A stretch of 64,000 nt of DNA from the human T2T-CHM13v2.0 reference genome, Homo sapiens. Of this stretch, positions 13,451 through 26,850 are shown one piece after another. How positions within the stretch are numbered: the first letter of the stretch is position 1; every line of letters begins with the position of its first letter. The stretch lies in NCBI RefSeq assembly GCF_009914755.1, contig NC_060942.1; one strand, written 5' to 3'. The position numbers and the translations under genes are program-made. The notes beneath the pieces are model-generated. The model searched no databases. It worked only from the letters and a program-made list of their open reading frames with translations, and was not told the origin of the DNA.

Positions 13451-15035
13451 AGTGCCCTAGGTCCTAGGGAATGACTGGAAGTTTCTGAGAAAGGTGATGT
13501 GGGAAGTGTCTTCTTTTCTTCTCGTTTTTGCTGATTACTTTTAACTTTTTTATGGAGGACAACCCCTGAGGCTTCTGCCTGGTCTGCCCTCCTCCCCTGA
13601 GAATGATCAGTGTCCATCCATAATCCCTGAGGAAGAGGGCCTCTCCCTTCATATTCCTACCACTTGTCTTCCTCTTTAGCCTTCTCTATCCCTGGCCACC
13701 ACCTCTAGGGCCTGGGTGTGGGTCTGCACTTGGTGCTGGGGCTCAGGTCACAGAGCACTGAGGCTGGGGTGGCGACTGCCATCCTACTGAACAGAGGTCC
13801 CCAGCCCTGTGACCAGAACACCTCTCCTCCCATCCTGGGGTGTCCAATGTCTTCCCACAATTCCTGCTCATCCCTGGAGTTTATGTGTCCTTCAGGCATC
13901 TCTGGTTCCAATTTCCTGCTTCTCCAGAGCTCTCCAAATCTTCCTTCCCTCTGTCCCTTCCGTGTGATCCCTCAGCACCCACCCTACCTCCTCAGACAAG
14001 CTGCGTGTCTTGTCCCGGACAGTTTAACTGGTGAGTCAGGGATTTATATGAGGAGAGTTGTATTGCAGTATCATGCAGTGGATAAATTAAAATGAAATAT
14101 TTCTGCCTTTAAAGTGCCCCCGCCCCACTGCTTCCTCCCATTTCCTACTTCCAGCCACTCACAGTGCTGCTCAGCTCAGCTCAGCTCCGCCCCTTGCCCC
14201 GGATGCAGTGTGGGCTCCCTGCTGCCCCTTTCTCATTCCACCTGCTCTACTTCTACTCCAACCAGCATTTTACACAGCCCTGGAGACAGCCTGGGGACTC
14301 CATCCAAGGGGCCCAGGCCTCAGTCAGGGGAGAAGGGAGCAGAAGCATTCAGGCCTGGCAGAAGCAGCCAGCTCCCCACAACACCTGCCCCTGTCCTGGA
14401 AGTTCTTCCACCGAAACTGCCTCCCTGCCCAGAACCTCAGGGCTCCCGGGAGCCGGCACAGAGGGCCCCTCAGCTGCAGCACTTTAAGGGCTGGCTCAGT
14501 GTGGCAGAAGGGAACTGCCTGTCCTTTCTACCTGGCAGGGCAACCGAGGGGTCAAACAACATAATGGGTAAGGAAGTGCCTCATAAAACGCCATGCAAAC
14601 ATAAGGCATTGTTATACAATTGTTTTCATTGGGAAATGTAATTTAGTTCCAAACAACCACTTTCAGAGGAACTCTTGGAACATAATTATAGTGGACATCT
14701 GTTGTTTTTGGCCTGTCCAATGGCCCTTTCCCTTTCTTCTGGCAATAATACCGCCCACCCCCCTTCCTCTGGGGAAGTGCAACTCTTTAACTCCAGACTT
14801 GTGACCTTGCTGGGGCTGCCATGACGTGACTCCACTGCAGGGTCCCAGGGATGGACGTGTGACCCGGGCTTGGCCAATCACAGTAGCCCCACCCCCCACC
14901 TACACGATGATTGGTCCCTGCAACCCATGACCAGGGTTTGGTCAGCTGTCATTCTACCTTGAGATTTTGACATAGGGAGGCAATGAGAACGACCCTTTCC
15001 TTCTGGTGGAGGTTGCTGAGCAGGGGTGATATGAG

Positions 15036-15823
15036 CGTCTCAGTCTGTTCAGGCTGCTATAACAAAATGCCTGAGACTGGGAGGCTTAAAAACAACAGAC
15101 GTTATTTCTCCCAGTTCTGCAGACTGGGAAGTTCAAGATCAAGGTGGCAGCAGATTTGGTATCTGGTGACCACCTGCTTTCTGGCTCACAGCTTGCTACA
15201 GTTTGGATGTCCCCTCCAAAACTCATGTTGAAACTTAATCCCTAATGTGGTAGTATTGAGAGGCAGGGCTTTTAAGAGGTAAGTGAAGGGCTCTGCTCTC
15301 ATGAATGGGTTAAACCATTTATGCATGAATGGATTAATCCATTTGTGGATGAATGGATTAATGGGTTAGCATAGGAGGGGAACTGGTGGCTTTATGAGAA
15401 TAGGAAGAGAGACCTGAGGAAGTGGGTTTGCACGCTTGGTCCCCTTGCCATGTGATAGCCCATACTGCCTTGAGATTCTTCAGAGTTCCCACCAGCAAGA
15501 AGATGCTCACCAGATGTGCCCCCTCCTCCTTGGACTTCTCAGACTCCATAACTGTAAGAAATACATTCTTTTTCTTTATAAATTGCCCAGTTCAGAAAAC
15601 AGACTAAGACATAGGTGGTGACTTTTTGCTATGTCCTCACATGGTGGAAGGGGCAAGAGGGTCTCTCCTGGGCCTCATTTATGAGGACACTAATGCCATT
15701 CATGAAGGCTCCACTGCCAGGTCCTAATTACCTCCCTAAGTCCCCACTTCCTGATACCCTTACCTTGGGGATTAGGATTTTTACATAGGAATTTTGGGGG
15801 GACATAACATTCAGTCCATTGCA
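15036..15823 (-). mobile_element. MLT1A0-like MaLR LTR, split by MST
   Basis: gtctcagtctgttcaggctgctataacaaaat...[MST]...tgtcctcacatggtggaagg...gggggacataacattcagtccattgca. Confidence 0.85.
15194..15611 (+). mobile_element. MSTC-like MaLR LTR
   Basis: tgctacagtttggatgtcccctccaaaactcatgttgaaacttaatcc...gaaaacagactaagaca. Confidence 0.85.
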
Positions 15824-17611
15824 TGGTCTTCAACAGTCTTGTCTTGTCTTGCCCTTGACCTGCCTTCCACTGCCATTTAGAGGAATCCTCTGCAGCAGGA
15901 AGAATAATGCAAACCTGGGGGCTGGCACTGGGAAGCAGAATCCAGAGGAGAGTGAGTCTCTCTCGGTCTATCTTGGGAGACCCCCGTCCTAGCTGTCCCT
16001 GAGACAGGCACTGTCCTTGTGCTTCCCTGACTCCTTTCCTTCAGCCGCAGTGGACTTTTTGTCCCTTATATATGACAGAATCCTGACCTGTATGAATTAA
16101 CCCACTCATGGGTTAGAGGTGCCTATTTATGAATATCCAAGTGCTTCATGTGTGAATATCTTACTTCTCCAAAATGATTTGAAATGTCTCTTGGGAATGA
16201 CTCATCTTGATTTAGAATAGTCAGCTGACATAAGCCCAGGAGTTTGAGGCTGCAGTGAGCTACTACACTCCAGCCTGAGAGGAAAAAAAAATAACAGACA
16301 GTAAAGATATAGTTATATGATTAAACCAAACAGAATTAGTTATCTTTGCAAATAACCCCTTCATCTGCCTTAAATCAGAGCATGTTGAGGCATGGGAATA
16401 ATATGTAATAGATGCTATGTGTATATGAGATAGAAGATAAGCCAACGCATACATTTGTAATTAGATTAAGGAAAACTGAGAGTCCATTCACTTTTATCTT
16501 TACCTAGAGGCAATTCTGTTTGCTGTAAAGAATCAAGAGGCAAAGCCTGTAAGACTCAGGGGAAAAGACAAGGAAAATTGGAACTTCTTTTTCTGTTCTG
16601 GGATCTTGTTCTGAATGTTGCTTAAAACGACTGAGTCTTATTCAGACACTGGCAACCATTTCTTGCAGAAGAGATTTCTGCCAAGACAAGATGCAAATTG
16701 TAGATTGGACCCGTTGGTTTGGGAGTCTAGGGATATGCAGAGGCTACACAGTGGGGTGCTGCTCAGCTCAGCACCCCTGGTTTTCTGGATGGAGTCGGGG
16801 CACCAGTTGGCAGGCAGCCCAGCACAGCTCATTTTTTGAAAAACCAAAATGAAACAGCAACACCACCAACAACATAGCATCATCTTGAACAGAAAAATAT
16901 AGCAAGGAGCTGGAAGGAGACAGATTAAGCAATTCAGGAGCTAGGATGACACGTGGGAATTTTAGATTGTTTCATCTCATTAGCAAAGATAAAATGCACA
17001 CATTTCACGTAAAGTCATCCATTGTTAACACAAATGTATGCTTCTACTGAAGGTCAATAAAATGCTTAATACAATATTCATGTGATTAGGAACTCCCATG
17101 TTGCAGAGGCTAGAAGGACACTTCCACTCTCAGGCTGAGGGTCTGGGCTTCCCAGCTCATTCCAAGACTGAGGCAGAGCCACCTGGACTGGTGGCAGTGG
17201 TCAGAGGAAGGACACAAAAGCTTTGGAACATGCGTCCCTCGGAGGCTGCCGGTGCTGGCTCTGGACATTTCATTTCCCAGTGACCTTGTTCTTCCTTCTC
17301 CTCATCTGCGAAGTGTCCTGTTTGCTTTATAGGCTTGTTTAGACACTCAGATGAAATAGTGGATGATATTTTGAAAACTGTAAGTGACAACAGAAATGTA
17401 AGATGCACTTAGGAATGGGAGAAATAGATCCTCAGAAGAAGGAAAACTGCCAAGCCTAAAACACTAAGAAGCTAAAGCTGGGGTCTGCATGAGAAAAAAG
17501 GCTTTAGAGGACTAAGATTGCAAAGCCAGGAGGACGCTGTGTTTGTGCTGGCCCTTTTGGAATCTGGGTGGCAACTAGAATCCCGGCAGAGCCCTGTAAG
17601 TGTTGCTGGCC

Positions 17612-17843
17612 AGACGGACTCTTGAGCCGGCCTGCCTGGTTTCACACTCTGCCTCGCCACTGTGACCATGTGACCTTGGGTGGGAGACTTTGCTTCTCTT
17701 TGCCTCAACCTTCTTATCTGTGAAATGGGGATAACCACATTCATCTCAGAGGATAGTTGTGAGAATTAAGAGAATCCATTCATGTGAAGTACTTGGAATA
17801 GTGTCTGGAAAATGATAAGTTCTCAATAAATAAGCAATCATCA
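17612..17843 (+). mobile_element. MIR
   Basis: tgtgaccttggg...atctgtgaaatggggataa...ctcaataaat. Confidence 0.85.
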
Positions 17844-17947
17844 TTTCCTATCAAGACTGGGAGTCCTGGTCTTGCGAATAACCACACCTGTGATCTGGGT
17901 CAGATTATTGAGATTTCTGTGCTTTGATGATGTGTCGGGAGAGAAGC

Positions 17948-18179
17948 AGGGTTCTTAACGTCTGTACTGTTGATATTTGGGGTCAATAACTGTGCTCTGG
18001 GGGCCTGTCCTGTGCATGATAAAATGATTAGTGGCACCTGTGGCCTCTACACACTAGATGCTTGTCATGTCCCCTCTTTCTCTGTTGAGACAACCAAAAA
18101 TGTCTTCAGACACTGCCAAATGTCCCCCTTGGATGGGAGATGGGGAGAGGCAAAATTGCCCTCAGTTGAGAACTCCTAG
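17948..18179. mobile_element. MER20
   Basis: ggggcctgtcctgtgcat...acaaccaaaaatgtcttcagacactgccaaatgtcccc...cagttgagaac. Confidence 0.9.
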
Positions 18180-18187
18180 ACTGGAAG

Positions 18188-18385
18188 CAGAGTTCTTAAG
18201 CTAGGGAGCTGTAGATCTTGGGGATCCCAAAGAGGAGCTTTGAGACGTCTATGAAAGCCCCGAATTCATTCATGAACATGTGCGTGCGTGATATGCATGT
18301 GAGTGAGCTCACAGGCACTTTTCTCAGGAGAGCTCCCCAGCTTTATACCAGACTCTCCAGGCAGTCTAGGACAGAAGAATTCTGA
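18188..18385 (+). mobile_element. MER117-like hAT-Charlie MITE
   Basis: cagagttcttaagctaggg...cacttttctcaggagag...cagctttataccagactctc. Confidence 0.6.
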
Positions 18386-18544
18386 GTTCTGCATCCCTTC
18401 TTGCCTTGACATGGGCTGGTCCCTGCTCTGAGAGGAAAGGCATTTTAGGTGAGCACCAAGTTCCTCCTGGTCACTGTGTGAAGCTCTCTGGTCTTTTTCG
18501 TTGAGCTTTTTTGGATAACCCTTTTGTTTCTAACCCTTTTCCTC

Positions 18545-18680
18545 TTTTTTTCTTTCTCTTTTCCTTTTTTTTTTTTCTTGAGACAGGGTCTCACTATGTT
18601 GCCCAGCCTGGTCTCAAACTCCTGAGCTCAAGCAACTCTCCTGCCTCGGCCTCCCAAAGTTCTGAACCACAACACCCGGC
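18545..18680 (-). mobile_element. FLAM/Alu left monomer
   Basis: T-tail + gagacagggtctcactatgttgcccag...cccggcc. Confidence 0.85.
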
Positions 18681-20000
18681 CATCCTCTCTCCCTTTTTTT
18701 TTTAAAACAAAAAACAAAAAAACCCAACAAACTCCCTTTCCCCTCCACAAAGCCTGTTCCTTCTCTCCCATGCTGGAAACTTCAGGGACTTTTGCTCTTT
18801 CCCTGGGAGTCTGAGTAACTCTCCAGACAGGCAGCTGTTCCATCCCACTCTCCCTCTAGGCTTCGTGAGCTATGTGCAAGTGGCAGGGGTGGGTGGGGGG
18901 AGGGAGGAGGGGGAAGGTCACCAGGCACATTCCAGGTGAGGGGCAGGTGGTAGGACCCCTCTTTCTGGGTAGCCTTGGTCCCATGCTGGCTTTGTTCATC
19001 TCCCTTCCCTGCTGGGGTTCTGGTCCTTGTTATCTTGGGCAGAGCCAGGGAAGCCAGCCGCCTCTCGTCCAAGGTTACTGTGCTGGGGAGCTAGTATTTA
19101 CACAACTGCCGGGATGTGGGATGAACCTATTGTGCTCTGCAGCCAAAGCTGTGCTCAGCCTCAGGATCCTCAGGAGACGTGAACAGACTGAATTCTCAGA
19201 GTCTCTCATTAAGAATTTGGCTCTTCACCAAGGAAATCTGTTCCTCTTCCAAACAGAATCTGAAGCTTCATTTAGACTGAATTAGCAGTGGTGAGAAGGG
19301 AAGGGAGGCCAATGCATCCCAACGTTTTCTGACCATTTTTTGGTTTAAACAAAAGAATGGGGAGGAAAATAAGAAGAGTAACTCCATTCAAACACTGTCA
19401 GCCAGGGCAGGTCAGGAGGTCGTGGAAACAAAGGACCCACCATTGTCAAATCCCTTTCCCTTCCTTCTTTCTTTCCACGTCTGCCTTAAGGAATGGGTCG
19501 GAAAGACTGATCCCTCTCCAGTGTGAGTCCAAATCTAACCTAAAGTATTTGTTAGTTGTCAAGCCTGAATAAAGACAGGTGTAGACTAGAAAAGTGGTGT
19601 GAGTATGTATCTAAGTCACCTGACATTGTGATTCACGGCACCGCTTTTGCTTCAACAACCCAGGCATTTCTCTTCATGATGCTAATGGACTGTGCACTTG
19701 GGTCATGTGGGCATGGAACAATCTGGATTTTAAAAATAGATGAATAAGGCGATAATTATGCACCTCACAATTTTAATCTTTACTAGTAAGAAATGAGTCA
19801 CTGCAAGGTTTTTAAAGGTAAATTCCCTAGGCAAACATTTAAAAGGATTTGATTTTCATCTAACTTTTTCAATGCACCATTCTTCATAATTTGAAGAGTC
19901 AGACAGGTCATCTTACGATCTCCACTGCCTCACTGTCATCAGCCAGTATTTATCAAATAACCAAGGGATTTGGAGTCCGGCTTTTCTTCCAGTCTTCTAG

Positions 20001-20413
<413 letters not shown>

Positions 20414-20957
20414 TGATTAAATGACACAGGTAAGCAGTGGTGTTCTGTATATGATGAAGCATCTTCTAACATCAAATGTTATTAATAAGAATAGAAATGA
20501 TGGCCTCTGTTCTATGAGAAGACGTCTCTCCTTAGAACAGACTACTCAATCAATGACCTGAGCATTAACCAATTTCTGTGGCTTCCTTCTCAAAACTTCA
20601 TGTCCTTCTAGTCTAGTAGCAAGTATTAATGAATTTTTTAAAAACTTCCTAAAATAGAGAATTCCAAATGTTAACGTAATTTTGAGACACACTGTTTTAG
20701 AAAATATTACCTCAAAGGAAAGTGAAGAGCTCTAAGATATGTTAACACTTTTGTTTTATTAAACTAAACCTATGAATTGCATTTGGCAAAATTAGACAAT
20801 TTTGGCTTACTAAGGAGCTTTATGAAGATGTGATAGCTGTAGAGTGAGTTAAAGTCATCAGCAATGTGGACATGCCATAGGAGAAAGTCCTGTGTAACTA
20901 GGCTGTACCAGTTTCACAGGAGTAGTGGTCACTGGAGGCCAGAACTGAATAAAGTCT

Positions 20958-21325
20958 TGCTATAGACTGAACGTTGTTGTCCCCTCAAAATTCATATATT
21001 GAACCCTAGCCCCCAGTGGCAGGGTATTTTAAAGTGGGACCCTTGGGAAGTGATTAGTCAAGAGGGTGGGGCCTCACAGGTGGGATTAGCGCCCTTGTGA
21101 AACAGGCCCCAGAGAGTTCATTTGCCCCTTCCACCTATCTATGTAAGGATGCAGCAAAAAGATGGTGTTTGTGAACGAGGAAGTGGACCCTCCCCAGACA
21201 CTGAGTCTGCCGGTGCCTTGATCTTGGACTTCCCACCCTCAGAAGTGTGAGAAATAAATTTCAGTTGTTCATAAGCCACCCGGTCTATGGAATTTTTGAT
21301 AGTGCAGCCCCAATAGACTAAGACA
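20958..21325 (+). mobile_element. MLT1A0 MaLR LTR
   Basis: tgctatagactgaa...caaaattcatatattgaa...gccttgatcttggacttccc...gactaagaca. Confidence 0.9.
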
Positions 21326-22363
21326 GACCTAGAGATCATTTGGCCAAACTTACAGTGGTATAAGTGGAGCAGTCCTCCCTTGAAGGGAAGGAAAGTGACT
21401 TGCCCAAGGTCACACACCCAGCGAGTGAGGGAAGAAGGAGTAGATCCCACTGGACTTCTTGCCCAGTGCTCTTTCTACCTTGTTCTGAAATATTACTTCT
21501 GATGCAAAGTCATTTTTTTTCCTGGGGCCAAGGAAGTGTCAACCAAGGAATCTAACTGACTGATAGCAAACCATCAGGGCATCAAAAGAGGTGCATATTT
21601 CAGAAAAAGTGCGTTTGTATAAAGGTGGAGTGATATTTCTGGAACATTTGTTCTTTACTGGGCAGGATTTCTGTTGAGATGCTGTGGCAGAAGCCTCCTG
21701 TATTAACTACATCTTTTCTTTATTTTGATGCTTTGGCATCTGGGGACTTGCTCCTCCCAGGAATAGCTGATTGGATAAATAAGACAGATTGTGGTAATAA
21801 ACTGAAATATATGCTGAAATCAGAATTAGGGAAGCGGACATTGGCATTGCTTGATGCTCAAGGCCGGAAACCAAAGCTTATGTTCTCATGCTTATCCTAC
21901 TCCAGAGATGCCATACCCTTGAATATATCAGCTGCATCTTGTAATCTAGAATCAGAATGATACCATCTACCTCCTTGGGGCGGGGGCGGGGGTGGGCATG
22001 GGAACACGGTATAGTTGGGAACCCAAAGGCTTGAAGATCCAAGGGGAAATTTGTAGAATACTTGTTCCCTTTTGCACTTTTTACAATTAACCTAGGTTTG
22101 ACTTGAGATCCAAGAATGAAGGAGATTCTACTTTTTGTAATTATCAGAGGCCTGAAGAGTACAGAAAAAGTATATGAAATACTAGGATTTGGGGTGAGTG
22201 AAACTTCATGTGGAACAAGAGCAGTGCTTTTGAATTAAAGCCATGAATCAGAGGCCTCTGAGCAAAACATGAGTCTTTGGGGGTTTATGAGTTTAGCTGA
22301 TATTTTAGGAAATCCACCAGACCAATACTCTGGTAAGCCCTCCATGAAAACAAGAGTTAACTA

Positions 22364-22781
22364 TGCATTAATCAGAGTTGTATATCTATGTATTTATGTA
22401 TAGAGACAGACAGACAGACAGACACACACACACACACACAGAAAAAAGAGAAGAGAGAGAGAGAAGAAAGATTTATTTTGAGAAATTGGCTCACACAAAT
22501 GAGGAGGTTTGGTGAGCCCAAAATCTGATGGGGCAGGCAAAAGGCAGTCTGCTGGCAGAATTTCTTCTTACTCAGGGAAGGTCAGTGTTTCTTCTCTCAA
22601 GGCCTTCAGCTGAGTGGATGAGGCCCATGCACATGATGGAGGGTCATCTGCTTTACTCAAAGTCCACCAGTGTAAATATTAATCTCAAATAACCCCTTCA
22701 GGAAAATATCCAGAATAACATTTGACAAAATATCTGGGGACTGTGGCTCAGCCAAACTGCCACATAAAATTAACCATCACA
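22364..22781 (-). mobile_element. MLT2C-like ERVL solo LTR
   Basis: Ends cataaaattaaccatcaca; perfect 5-bp TSD aacta (22359-63/22782-86); internal CA/GA microsatellite. Confidence 0.9.
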
Positions 22782-24477
22782 AACTACAAGTGAGAAGCTG
22801 AGACCCCTGGTTCATGGAAGGACTCTGTGGCTGTGGAAGGCTTGGAGAGGGGACAGGAGAGTAGCCTCTGATGGGATTCCAGGTGACCTCATGGTCAGCA
22901 TCTCTTACTGTGTGGGAGCTCCTGGGGAAGACTTGAGTTTCTTATCTCTTGCATGTTCAAGTTCATGTTCTTTCCTCTTGACTGAAGATGGAAAAAAAAA
23001 ACCAAAACCCTGTAGTTACTCAGTAAGTTGTCTGTAAAATTTCTGTCCCTTTTGAGAGCTCGAAAGGTACAGTTCTAATGAGGTAACTTGGCCACTTGAC
23101 TTCAAGGTATTTGGAGTAGGTTTTCTCTGCCAATGCAACACTTGGCAACCATTGTACAATAATTTTGTGCTTATGTCCAGCCCAACTGTGAACAATGTAA
23201 TCAGTGTTATGAATTCATGAATAGAATGCCCTGGCACTATAACTGTCCAGCTTCCAGGCATGGGAAAAGGAGCCCTTCTCTGGGGCAGACATAAGGGAAC
23301 AGTCCTAGCAATTCTGCTCACAGGGGTGAGGGTGGAAATGTTGTCGACAGATGGCAACACCATACCGGCTCCTCACAAGGTTCTCATGACCTTTTAACTT
23401 CTGATAATGGCTTGGCCCCCAGTGTTGCCTGAGAACCTTGGAGAGCAAGGGGGCAATTTCCGAGTGGGTACATTCCTAGCTAATCAAAATTACCTCTGAA
23501 GAGTGAAAGCTGCATGTGAGAGGCACAGAAGTCATGCGCATCCAATCACTTCAAAAGCCAGTCATGTAGCTAGGGGAGCAGATTCAAGCCGATGTTTCTA
23601 CCAACTGGTCATTTCAGTGAGCAGAGACTCAGCTGTGAGCTGGGTCCTTAAGTCTTCAGTTTGCCAGGTAATGAGAGGAATACCTGTTTTCCACCAACCT
23701 CCTCCACCAAAGCACACCAAACAGGCTTGGTCTGACCACTGGCAAACCCTTCTGCTCTCAAAGCTGGTGTAGGTTGCAGGTCTACTTTCTGCATTGATGG
23801 GCAACCCATTAGGTCAGGCATATATAGGGAGGGATTGTACTTCAAAAATCACAGGGTGACCAGAGGACCAGGGGCGTGTTGTAGCAACACACTGTGTGGA
23901 GTCCCAGGGAGTGCTGTACACCCCTCATGCTCATCTCCCGTTGCTTCCCTCCTGAAACCAGCATTTGCAATCCTGTACCATTGCACTCTGAAGGTTTTTT
24001 CACATCAAGCACTAGGGAAGCAATTCTGCTTCCTACGTCTCCTAGGACAAGGGTCTCCTACATGATTTTTCAATATTAGCACAATCTGCAATTAGCGAAT
24101 CCCTTGATTATGAACATTGGTCAGACAAATTGGCTAATGGAATCTGCAGAATAAAAGAAAAAGATTAGATACAACTCATCAATAAGAACAGACCTGGCAT
24201 TTGGTCCAGAAAAGGTCACAGTGTTTAAGGGAGGTGTGCTTAATTATAGGAAAATTATGTATCAGTCATGAAATAAAATTGCCCTTTTGTTCCTGGGAAA
24301 TAGCATGGTTTAAAGAAGGTATCCAGTACTACCTAGATTTGTTCTGGTGTGCATAGATTTGATCCTCTGATGCTGTTCAGTTCAATGAATTGAATTGTTG
24401 AATACCCGCTATTTGCAGGGATCAGAGAGAAAGAAAAGAGAATGTCCTCTTTCCTGAAGGAGTTAATAGAATTATAA

Positions 24478-24607
24478 GAGGGAGAACAAGGGAGGGAGGG
24501 AGGGAGGGAAGGAGAGGGAAGGCGAGGCAGGCAGAAGGAAAGAAGGGAGGGAGAGAAAGAAAGAGGGAAGAATGGAAGGAAAGAGGGAAGGAGGGAAGAA
24601 AAAAAAG
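24478..24607. repeat. Purine-rich (GGA/GAA) low-complexity tract
   Basis: Seen directly. Confidence 0.9.
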
Positions 24608-24944
24608 AACTATAAGAAGTAGCTGAGTGAAACAACCAGTCAGCAACATAACTGCCAGGTTGGGTACTGTAGTCAGTTGGTATTGTGGAAGTTGTTTGTT
24701 TGTTTTGTTTTAAGAGAGACAGAGAGAGAAGCTTTGAGAATGCTTCATTGAAGAGGTGCATCTTGAGCTGGTCATTGAAAAACAAGCAGGACTTGGATGG
24801 AGGACAGGCATGTGCAAGACACTCTAGGCTTAGCAAGCAGTGTAAGAAGTGTGGAGAGGAGTGGGGGTGCTGGGTGGGCAACAAGGAGGACAGGACCTGA
24901 CCCAGGCCAGTGCAGCTAAAGCGGCAACAAAGGCTCTCTGGAGA

Positions 24945-25735
24945 GAAAGCACAACCAACTGTTATAATAGAAGTGGCATCTATACACGACTCCACATTGA
25001 TCTAAATAGGTGATCAAATACATGAATTCACACAGGAGAGGAGACAATTCTTCCTTATAGAAGAATTCCAAATAATGTGTGATACTTCCATCTCCCAGAG
25101 GGAGACTTTAATCTACTTGTGTCTCTACCGGGTAAGTGGGTTAGACCTAGTGACTTGCTTCCAAAGGACAGAGTACGGACAAGGAAAACTAGGAGCTTCA
25201 CATGGTAGAGAAACCTGGCAAACAGCACCTTAGCCAAATGGTTGAGGTTGACACCACTAGTAATGTGGATTTATGTACCCCAGATAAAAAATGACAAGAA
25301 GGCATTTCACCTTTACGGTATTTTTTCTAAAAAACCTGTAACCCCAGTCTAATCAAGAAAAAATATTAATCCCAAACTGAGGGACATTCCACAAAACACC
25401 TTACTAAGCCTCCTTAAAACTGTCAAGGTCATGAAAAACAAGGAAAGGGTAAGAAAAGTCACAGACCAGGGGAGACTAAGAAGACATGTGACTAAGTGCA
25501 ATGTGGAACCTGGACTGGGTCCTGGAGCATAGAAAACAGAACATTCATGGGAAAACAGGTGAATTGCAAGCAAAATCTGGAGTTTAGTTAATAGTAATGT
25601 ACCACTGTTGGTTTCTTAGTTTTCACAAATTTATCAATGGAAGATGATAACATTGGGAAAAGCTAAAACTGAATGAGTATGCAGAAACTCTCTGTAAATC
25701 AAATAAAATTCCAAAATAAAAAGTTTAAGAAAAAA
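24945..25735 (+). mobile_element. L1MC3-like 3'UTR
   Basis: gagaaacctggcaaacagcacctt...aaaactgtcaaggtcatgaaaaacaagg...ttccaaaataaaag. Confidence 0.85.
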
Positions 25736-25739
25736 TGTG

Positions 25740-26037
25740 GGCCGGGTGCGGTGGCTCATGCCTGTAATCACAGCACTTTACGAGGCCGAGGGAGGCGGAT
25801 CACTTGAGGTCAGGAGTTCAAGACCAGCCTGGCCAACATGGTGAAGATGAAACCTTGTCTCTACTAAAAATACAAAAATCAGCTGGGCATGGTGGTGCAT
25901 GCCTGTAATCCCAGCTACTCAGGAGACTGAGGCAGGAGAATCGCTTGAAACTGGGAGGTGGAGGTTGCTGTGAGCCGAGAACATACCGTTGCACTCCAGC
26001 CTAGGCAACAGAGCGAGACTCCATCTCAAAAAAAAAA
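25740..26037 (+). mobile_element. AluS (Sx/Sz-like) in the L1 A-tail
   Basis: Full dimer; TSD aaaaa(t/a)gtg. Confidence 0.95.
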
Positions 26038-26169
26038 GTGGCATTTACCACACAGCTAAGGTTTTGGAACTGTCTTGGTTTGCAGGCCTCTCCCCATCCA
26101 TGTGATGTTGGGATCGTTGTGTTCGTGGTATCTACTGGCTGAGGAAATGTGGACCAGCAAAGAGCTACT

Positions 26170-26432
26170 TGTGTAGTGCAGTGGTTCAGAGCCCATGCAC
26201 TGTGGTCAAATCCTGTGTTTCCCACTTAATAGCTGTATGGCCTCAGGCAAGTTGCTTAGCTTCTCTGTGTCTCAGTTTCGTGATCAGTAAAATAGGGACA
26301 ATAATAATTATACCCCTCTCCCAAGCTATTGTGAAGATCAAATGAGTTAATACATGTACAGTGCTTAGGATAGAGCCTAACTAGCCTAACTTTTCTAGGA
26401 AAGAGTAAACACCATATAAATATTAGTTATCA
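26170..26432 (+). mobile_element. MIR
   Basis: gcagtggttcagagc...ctcagtttc...gtaaaatagggacaataata...aaatgagttaatacatgta. Confidence 0.85.
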
Positions 26433-26504
26433 CCAAAAAGTCACTAATGCTTTTAAATGAATTTGACTTTTGAGCATAACCTCTACAAACGTTTGAATTA
26501 CATG

Positions 26505-26850
26505 TGTGCTATGCTGTACCACGGATGGCTCTTGAGGACATCACTATGCTAAGGCAAGACAAACACTGTATCATTCCACTTATATGAGGTCCCTAGATAA
26601 GTAAGATTCATAGAGTTAAGAAGGAGAAAGGTGGTTTCCAGGGGCTGGGAGGAAAGGGAAATGGAAGTTAGTGTTTAATGGGGACAGTTTCAAGTTTGCA
26701 AAATGAAAGAGTTCTGGAGATTGGTGTTGGTGATGGTTGTGCAACAATGTGAATATGCTTAATGCCACTGAACTATAAAATTCAGAAGGGTTAAGATGGT
26801 AAATTTCATGTTTTGTGTATTTTACCACAATTAAAGAATAACATTTTTTA
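26505..26850 (+). mobile_element. L1MB 3' end
   Basis: attccacttatatgaggtcc...gtttaatggggacag...tgtattttaccacaat. Confidence 0.85.

Larger units (their letters stand above)
14688..16092 (+). mobile_element. LTR33-like ERVL LTR, split by MLT1A0/MST
   Basis: gtggacatctgttgttttt...cttctggcaataa...gtgacccgggcttggccaatca...; resumes after 15823 to gaatcctgacctgta. Confidence 0.6.

Noticed and set aside
14114-14641. 175-aa Pro/Ser-rich ORF
   Set aside because: GTG start, overlapping ORFs in all three frames, no recognisable domain
15300-15365. 16-bp palindrome aatggattaatccatt and local repeats
   Set aside because: Essentially a feature of the MSTC-type LTR sequence
24333-24995. 220-aa ORF
   Set aside because: Open only because it crosses a pyrimidine low-complexity tract and L2/L1 remnants
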